A DNA stretch of 57,133 nt, filler included, from Sphacelaria rigidula (taxonomy: Eukaryota): the NCBI GenBank assembly GCA_964200075.2. It is 3 parts of 3 records of this genome, joined end to end, with 100 filler letters (N's around TTAATTAATTAA, not from the genome) between each part and the next. Parts side by side here need not be neighbours in the genome. Positions count along the whole stretch, not along the records: positions 38,174 to 57,133 come from CAXNAA020000756.1; 2 more parts are not named here. One strand, given 5' to 3'. Numbering within the stretch: the first letter of the stretch is position 1; the number at the start of each line of letters is the position of its first letter. Of the stretch, positions 48,601-57,133 are shown one piece after another. Under the pieces are notes generated by a model that did no database searches, was not told the DNA's origin, and saw only the letters and a list, made by a program, of their open reading frames with translations. The position numbers and the translations under genes are program-made.

Positions 48601-50849
48601 TTTGGATTCCCAACTTCTTTCTTCTGTTTTCGATTATTTCTCGTCTTTTTGTGAGAGAGGTTTCCATCACCAGTGGAATTATTCACGATCTCGTCAGTGT
48701 GAACTGATCATGGTGACAAGAGAATGATCGAGAATAATTTGGTCCTGGGTGCGGTGAGTCGTGTCGCTTATTTTTGGGAAAGGTCATTTTGCGAGCTCGT
48801 CATGTCAATTTCAACTCGGAATCTCAGAAACACGCGCTACCGCGGAGCCAGCGCTGTTTTAGGATGCGGTGGCACATCACGCTCGTCAGTCGTACCGTGA
48901 CTGATTTGCGATGGCTCATCAATTCTGAGTTTCTTCATGAGTGGACACAATGACTATCGAATTTGCGATATCCAACTGTTTGATCTAGAAGCGTACATGA
49001 ATGTGTACAGCACGCTTGTACGTACGGCATGCCAAGGACTGTGATAACTGGGGTAATGAGATTTCTGAATGCCGCGGTAACCACAAGTATTGAAACTCAA
49101 CGCAGTAGGACGCAGTCGTCCAGCCACGTACGACAAAGCAGTTTGTGGAGAAGCACACGCTGTGTTCCGAGCGGAACCAAAGAATTGACATGACACCTCA
49201 GCGATACATCGGATATCATGTACCGCACCATGCGACCATTGTTCTTGTCATCCAAACAAGAAATTTACCATCAAGTCACGACTCTACGGCAACACGCGCT
49301 AACCCGTTCAGGCCAGCCACCAAAATCGGTTGGTGCAGTGAATGGGTCTTATGCCGCTACCGCACCACAAACCGCACGTGTTGTGCTGTCACCCCACAGT
49401 GGGTGTCGGAACACCATACGTACAAGTCGCACCATGCGCGGTGGATTGTGTTGAGGGAATGTCCACCCCGCCGCGTTATCTTCCCACTCCAGACACATCA
49501 CCCCATAAATAGCTGAAACATATCCGTCAACGAGGGGTCACGTGAGCAGAGTTGCCACTCAGCCAAGAATGGGGTATAATCGAACACGAAGCCGACGAAG
49601 TAGCAAGGCCTGTTACAGGAGAAGCCCTACGTGTGTCGTTTGCGCGTGTACATGTTCCTGACCCGGATCAAGAATGATGGTGCAAGGTTCTCGCCCTTGC
49701 CGTCCCGGTGAACAATAGTCAGGTGATAGTTGTACCCGGTTCGGAGATGGTCATGGAAGACACGAGCCCAGGATACCGCACATCAACGTTTGAAAAACAC
49801 AATTGAATCATGAATCCTACGGAACACTCTAGAATGTCGCAGCGAAATTTCAAGCAAACCGCAAATAAAAACTAGGCCACACATATTGGACGTTACATCC
49901 GGGGAGACCTAGGTTCACGGAACGGAACCAGTCACGCCACCACCACAACCCCACAGTACAGATGGTCCACCTACGGCGATGACGGCGATAGTACAAGTGT
50001 TTCGTACAGTGCAGTGCAGTGCATCACTACAGTTTCGGACTGGACTGCGCTGTTTTAAATTTGTGTATCTGTGACGAAAGCGATGTGTCAGGCAAAAGGC
50101 GGCAGCTTCATCGGTTTTTCATCATGACACAACCTCAGCCAGGCCACGTTGGCTTTCTCCGCATATCGCTCAAACCCACCACTGCACCCAACGGAAACTT
50201 CCCGTACACCTACAAAACGTTCCTTCGCCCGAAACGTACTTCCCTCTCAGATGTACGTGAAACTTGACTTTAGTGTGCTCCCAACTTGATTCTTGTGCGC
50301 TTGAGCTGAAACCGATATTTGGGATCGTTTTGCCCAGTTACGCAATGAAATTTTGTGCAATCGTTCCTAGGACTACTTCGGGACAAGTCAAATTTGAATG
50401 TTCATTTTGAAAGCAATATATACCGACTTCTAGGAGTCTTCCAGGTGACCCCCTCTGAAGCTGAAGATCGGATAAATCTTCGAAATATTTTTCAACATCT
50501 GTTTTCCGTTCGTAGCCCCCATGTCTGCCAGACTGCCTAGTTTGAGGATAATCGGAGCTTTTTTTACGAACGTCACTAAGGAAAACGTCAAGAGGCCTCC
50601 TGGATCTTCCATACATACCATCAGCAGAAATCAGAAGACACCAAAACCCCTCATAACCGAATTATGACGTTTTTGGGGTATAATTCGATCCCATACAAAC
50701 CTTCTTCAAATCTGTGTTGTGCGTTGGGTTCACTTACAGCGCCACGGCAAAGGACGTGAGAAATAGGCGGCCCATGTCATACTGTTCGCTTGCTCGTGGG
50801 GATCACTGTGATATCAAAATTGTTTCTATCGGATCAGTTTTGCGTTTTG

Positions 50850-51190
50850 TAACTAGTGGGAAATAAAGTTTGGGCCTTCACCTTGAACCAGCCTGTACAT
50901 CTGGATAATTTTGAGTTTCTGATGAGACACAACGTGGTTGTTGTAGACACAGATTCGTCTGCAAACGGAGCTAGCGAAATAGATTCCACCGGAAGCAGAG
51001 GGACACGGTATCCCTCAACCAAACTTCGGTTCGGCTCGGCCCCCTTGTTTTCTGCAGTCCAATGACATAACATCCCACAGGCTGATGTTTTCGCAGGACC
51101 ACGGAATCGCGTCGAGCCTCGTTCGTTCTCGCTACGGACAGTGTACCAACGTTGTAGATCGCCACTGTGAGCTCCTCTACATGCAGCCTA
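50850..51190 (-). mobile_element. Decayed non-LTR retrotransposon (RTE-like) APE endonuclease N-terminus
   Basis: Minus-strand translation LTVAIYNVGTL...VVLRKHQPVGCYVIGLQKTRGPSRTE, then after a frameshift GYRV. This resembles the APE motifs 'L.vatyNvrtL' and 'DviglQEtR', but the catalytic Glu is replaced by Lys. No RT domain follows. Confidence 0.6.
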
Positions 51191-52249
51191 GCTCTAGCCT
51201 GGCCAATATTCACACGTTCTCTCTTTTTCTTCTCCCCTCCTCTGGGGCCTCATTCTCTCCATCCTACTTGCGAGTGTTCCTGTTTCGATAATATTTTCTT
51301 GGCACGTCGGTCATGGTGCTTGCGTTCCGTTTTGATGTTGCACGCAGGGTACCGCCCTGCCCGCGAGGGTCGGTAGCTTCGATCCGCCGAATCAGGTGTT
51401 TAGTCACACGTGCCTCATTTCCCTTAACTTGTTTTCCGTGACAGTGCCTCAGCGTCGGGGGCAGCACTGTACAGCTGTGGGGTTCAGTTGGGATCCCCGT
51501 ACAGAGAAAAACTTCGCAGTTGAAGGGTCTAGGTTTGAGTTCCAACACTGTCGACGTGTGCCCCTGCCCAGTTGGATCACCGCGGCCACAATACACAGAT
51601 TAGTCTGTAAGTCATGTCACTCTCTCCTACGCGTGGGTGTGTCGTTTGGTTGCTAGTCAGGATTCGCTTACCCCGACACAAACATCCCCCCAGTCGGGCG
51701 ACAGTCGGGGGTAGGGATAGAAGCAAGGCATCTAGGAATCGAGAAATGCGCGGAAGAGTACCAGGAGACGTGGCGACGCGAAAACGAAAACCAATTGCGA
51801 CCTCCGCCACAAGCGAGAGGCTGCTGCGGCGAGAGCAGCCATCGCTGACAAAACAACAACGGGTCGCAAGGAATCCAGACACGGAAACTGATCTACCCCC
51901 CATTTTTCTCATCGGCCGTCGACTTCTTCAAGCTGGAGTCTTGCGGTGATCCCGCTCGTGCCCTTGTACATTATCTGCATTACTCTCAGGTTATCATCGC
52001 TTTCGTGTTCGCCATCTTCTCTCTGTATCTTCCTCTTTGCACACCTTTTTCTTTTTCCATTCTTCATTTTCTCTTCATCTGTACCTCCCTCTCCTTGTTT
52101 ATGAATAGTACCAGTGTGATGCCTTGCTCCTGTCGGGCTCATGGGTGAGAGCTCATGCCTGCCTAGAATGGTCCGGTAGAGCTGAGCCGCAACGTGCTCC
52201 CACGACCTTTTTCCACTGAAGACAGGCTGCAGCGGCCAGTCAGTGCTAG

Positions 52250-52500
52250 TTCTAAATTTCGTCTCTCTATCCCCTGCCTCTTTTTCTTAGTTCTCCATGC
52301 CCAGTCATTCCTTTCCCTGCTTCGATGTGTTCGTACTTTTGTTCGTGTTTCTCTGCTGACTCCATTCGTTTCATGTTTTTTGTTCATTCACTCTTTTGCT
52401 TTTTCAGCGAGAAGTTTTCGTCCTGTTTGTCTCCGGTACGTCAACCTTGTGACTACGGCTGGGTCCTTCAGGGATCAGTCAATGTGCAGCACGCAATCCA
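52250..52500 (+). mobile_element. Retroposon 3'-end remnant (third copy)
   Basis: A T-rich stretch followed by gtacgtcaaccttgtgactacggctgggtcc...caatc, homologous to the copies at 11049 and 45425. Confidence 0.45.
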
Positions 52501-55500
52501 GGTGAAACACAAGGCCCAGAGAGAGAGCTCGGAGCCGTCAGCAAGAGCCGTGTGCGATGAAACCGCCGTGCTGAACATGTTGAGTTTAGCGACTGCTAAG
52601 GCCGCATCTTCTGTGTTCAAACACCTTGCGCATGATTGATGATTTCCCTGCATACACCATGTCAAAGAGAAGAATAAAACCAGAACACACAGCAAAGCCT
52701 ACTAGGGGTGTGAGCGCAACCGTGGCCTCACCGTAGACGATGGCTGCCAGCCAGCACTACTTGCACGCGCGTAAGCATGACGCCGACTTCTGCGCAGCGT
52801 GAGCTTTCTGCACTTGCCTCTGGGATGAGCACCCTGGGGAACGATTTCCGGGGTTTTGTGAATATACCGATTCCTGGTGTTTTGTGCTTGGAACGATTCA
52901 TGACAATTTGTCCGCCACATTCGGCTAAACACTCAGATATGGCCTCAACGGCGGTGTTGGTCGCAATTCACTGTGCATCGACTGCAAAAACTGCTCATGC
53001 TGTACCACACGCTGTATGTAGCACAAGAAGGCGTTATAGCCCGCTACTACAGCTCGTACACACAACTACCTTGTTTACTCCGCGCCGCGACAGCGACCAA
53101 CACAGCCGGCCGAGAGGCTGTCATGATGACAACCTGGAGACGACTCTTATCGACGGACAGGGACAAGTTGGGAGGTCGAACCTAGGACATACCCAAGTGT
53201 AGAGAAGCCAAACTTGTGTGTAGTGAGGTCATTGAAAACAACGGAGTAGTCCATGTAAACAGACTCGTCCTTTGGGCTACAAGTCTAGTTCCACGCAACA
53301 GTCAGCAGTCCAGTATCCGTGTGCACCTAGTGGCGCCCGCAGCTGTGGTAACATGATACCCGTACATTGACTGCGATGGGGGGGCAGGTTTTGAGTACCA
53401 ACCGCTTGCGATCTGCGCAGTAGTGTACCTCCATCGACGTGGGGGTTTCTACACCGCCTGGGGCTGACTTTTGTGGTGGCTGTTCGTGCTCATTGGGATC
53501 ATTCCTCTTCCCCGGATGGTTTTTCCTCTGTGCTGAAAACAATTGATACTTTGGAAAATGACGGCCTCAACCAGAGCACTGCGACTGGTGATATATATGA
53601 TAAAAACCAAGTTCTCAAGAACCTTCATACCATCGAAAAAGAACGGCACTGTACGGGCTGGTCCGGCCTAGAAGCGGATCTGTAGGTTGCAGGTCAGTAC
53701 CACCTCAATTTCGAGAGTGGTCTTTACACTTGGTGTGGAGAATGAAAAGCGTAAAAAAAATAAAAGCCTTCGTGACAGAAGGTTTCCCATCACTTGACGG
53801 AATTTGACCGAAAACTGGGTATTGATCATTGCCTTCAACTCATGAAAAAAACTTGATCTCCCAACGTATTGCTTTTATAATGACCTTTCATTCTTCATAC
53901 CAAACCTGAAAGTCCAACTGTCGAAATTGAGGTGAGGACAGGTGATCTAGAACCCGGGTCGGTCGATATTCGGAAGTATGTCACCTTCAGACTCAAGTTT
54001 GGTATCGGTGTGATGAAATTTCGTGTAGGATATCGCTGGGGCATAATGAACAAAAAGCAGGGACGAGTTGTTTTGCATTTTATTTCATGAGTTAAGGACG
54101 TTTGGGTATAGTAAAAGCCATTTCTTCACAAGAACGATCTCGACACATGAAAAATGAAGGCTCACTTTTTTTCTGTTTTCAGAACCGTATGCCCATGCAA
54201 TTCTTCATGGTCCACTTGAAATCATGATTCGGAAAGTTTAGCCAAGAAACTGAAATCAGGGCCAAAACCAATGTCTATTTCCCCTTGAAACGTCCTTGAA
54301 GGAAAAAAAGGAAGAAAATATATATTGACAGAAAAATGAGAATACATTATATAGAACCTCAAGACGATGACTTTTTTTTCATCAAGCCATCGAAATTCTT
54401 CATACGAAAGTTCAAAGCACAACCCCAAAACAACTGAGACGCGAAATCCATATTGGATGCATTTAGTATCATTCCTCATAATTTCTCGAGCCTAGTATGG
54501 AAAAATATGTCCGCCATGTGTCTCGAAATGTGGCGCATTAGGTAAAGGCCAGGGTATCAATCGTCTTCTCGTGCTTCAAGCAATTTTTCCACCAAGAGTC
54601 GCCATCACCCGCTGCATATATTGTTAGGTGTTTCAAATAGTCTTTAGTATGGATCTTACCCCCGGACGGTATAGAAATTACTCGACATGGTGTTCAATGA
54701 GAAAAGTATTGGCCCAGATGTTCGAGCAAATAGGCATCCTGCACTTGACTGGACGATGAATTAGATATGCGGATCATGGCCCAATTCGTGTGTGTCGATG
54801 AGATATTGCCGTGAGAGCTCAAACTCGTTTCTAGGGTGGACCTGCACGTGTGCCAGTATTGCGCCAAAAGAAGAAAAAGTAAATGTATGCGGATTTTTGC
54901 GTCCAACAGTCATCTTATAAACTATCACCTTCAAACATCTGCAACGTAAGTATAACTCACACGAGCGAGGAGCCCCTTGGGAAGTCCCTACGGCCCAACA
55001 CGCGACATACATTGAAAGCTTTGTCTAAGGCTGCATCGTCGGCGCACGTTGCAGGCTGAAAAAGTGATCATGCCCCGCGTTTGGTGGTGTGTTGCTCGGT
55101 AGGGGTGCCTTGCGGACCCCATGGTACGCCGATAGTTGGCGGCCACGGTTCGCGTTTCCGCCCGTCACCACGCCTAGGGTGTAGTATATGGAGTGTGCAA
55201 ACCGTCAGTAAAATAAGCACCTCAATTGCTATCAGCACAAGAACGGCATGATCGTTCGCATGAATCCTTGGCGGCGCAGTTGGTGGCTTTGAAATTTGAA
55301 AACTGTCTCGACCATTGTAAAGTGCGGTATTATTGCTGATGCAATGTACTGCCTGTACTGTCTGTACGGCATTTAGTGTAATACTCAGAGCTCGGAAGTG
55401 GTTTGTAAAACCATCGACAAGTAAAATGGTACATAATGGTTTCGTCGTCGAGCGGCGAAGCTGCGAGCCAACCCCCCCTCCCCCGCAGCGGGTGCCCCTC

Positions 55501-57133
55501 GAGGGCCCCGCTGAATGCGCCGTGCCAGAGGCACGTTTTTACGCGATTCGGCTTCAGTAGAGCTACAAAATACGTTGAATTTGGGCCAATTTTCAAGGGC
55601 TGTATGTGGCATAATACGTAGCCGGTAATGACTCTGAAGGCGGCAACGGTAAAATGGTCTGAAACGATTGCCCGAACTTTTGTATAACCATTTCCATCAT
55701 TCTCATGAAAATGATCATGGCCAGTTATAACTTGACTATTTCCGAGCTCTAGTAATACTGTAGTACAGTGCCCTTACCGTAGTACTGCGCGACCGCATCT
55801 GATATGCGGCGTAAACAGGGCGTTACCGCATCCCATGTTTACTTTGATACTTTCCTACAGTAAAATCCCAATTTTCAGAGCAACTTTCGTTGTGGATTTC
55901 TCGCGCGACTTTGCGTTCCCTCATGAAACTCTGCGCACGAGTCGGACGCAACATAGGCAACATTTCCGCCAAGCGCCGCACGATTGGGCCTCGCACAAAT
56001 TACGAACATTACCAGGAGGAATTTCGAGTAATGCCGTCGATGCGGCCTCGAAGCGGCTATCCCGCGGTCCAGACGTCGTGCACTAGAAGTGAACGCACAC
56101 ATGCACGCGCGGGTCCACTAAATTCGACATCTTGAGCGGCTGGGCGGCCGATGTGGTAGCAAACTGACACCGGTCTGTACTGCAACCCTTTATGGATCAT
56201 GACCGTCGGTAGTGTACCGATCGGCGTTCAGTCTTTAGAGATGCGCAGTTCATGACGTACGCCCGAACACGCGCTGTAGCCGCTGAAAGGCACTGAAACT
56301 TCGGCCATATGTTGTGCGAAACACAGCCAACAGTTCCCCTTTTTGCGCAACACTGGTGCTTGTCAGGGTCACATGAGATGATGGTGTATAACACCCCTCC
56401 CCGCGTTTTTCGATGATATCGCGTGATGACGTTTTCGGGACCGCGCCTTCAGAACGACCAATAAGGCTAGTTAGGAATGACGTGTCTAGCGTCTGCACGA
56501 AAGACTGGCTTCATATTGCTAAAAATCCACTTACGTATCCACAACGTTAGGAAGAAGGCCGAACGTTTCCAGTGGACCCGAAGCTTTGGTCGTATATCTA
56601 TGGTTGACGACATGACTGTTTGATTTTGGACTCGAAAAGGTTCTGAAAATGATATGATTTGGGGGAGGTGAGCAGTGCAGCCAGCTTGTCCAGAGCGTCT
56701 TTTGGTCGAAATCGGCGCCAGCGGCGTCGATTTCACGTTTGCCGACGCACGCTTTGCCTAGGGAAACTTATGCCCCCAGAGCACCTTGCGTTGGTGTACT
56801 TCCTACGTTTTACTGTAGCATGGCGACCCAAGATAAACTCGGGGAAATGGGGGCTGGATCTACATAAAATGCAAGTGAATGAAAAAAACGGAAGAGACAT
56901 CCCCGACCATTAAGGCCTACTCTTGCTTCAGAGGCATTTTTGTGGGCCCGGGGCAGGGTGCACACACAAACCTGGCGGTGACATCACTCCCGGCGACAGC
57001 TCCCCTCTAATCGAATATACTCACCCTCAAGTATGATATACATGGTTGATTGGATTTGCCTCGAGTAGCACTGTACCTCGGTTGAGGATCGGGTATAAAC
57101 GGTCAAGTGCAGGTACTGTTTGCGGCAGTTAAA

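Noticed and set aside
52470-52639. Possible terminal exon GSVNVQHAIQVKHK...LAHD*
   Set aside because: The apparent acceptor lies inside the retroposon 3'-end motif, and no upstream partner exons were found.

Overview
This is eukaryotic, intron-rich DNA, most likely from a brown alga (Phaeophyceae); that is inferred from an EsV-1-7-domain gene and the gene structure. Two identical 100-bp linkers (N44-TTAATTAATTAA-N44, at 18993-19092 and 38074-38173) split the window into three segments whose true adjacency is unproven. Segment 1 (1-18992) holds an 8+-exon minus-strand gene for an unidentified coiled-coil protein and an 11+-exon plus-strand ALG9 alpha-1,2-mannosyltransferase gene that lacks its last exons. 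Segment 2 (19093-38073) appears to be the middle of one very large minus-strand gene. Its five frame-consistent exons encode >3,100 aa of Pro/Thr/Ser/Ala-rich mucin-like sequence built from three different tandem repeats (18, 83 and 55 aa). Segment 3 (38174-57133) is mostly repeat debris, including a decayed LINE endonuclease and retroposon 3' ends. It also contains one intronless 640-aa ORF with 11 tandem ~38-aa C-x4-C-x16-C-x2-H (EsV-1-7) repeats, followed by a tail with an NLS-like motif and SUMO consensus motifs. The most interesting signal is in these repeats: a near-invariant scaffold with strong variation at two positions flanking a fixed Pro, which suggests (by inference only) a TALE/zinc-finger-like modular recognition code.
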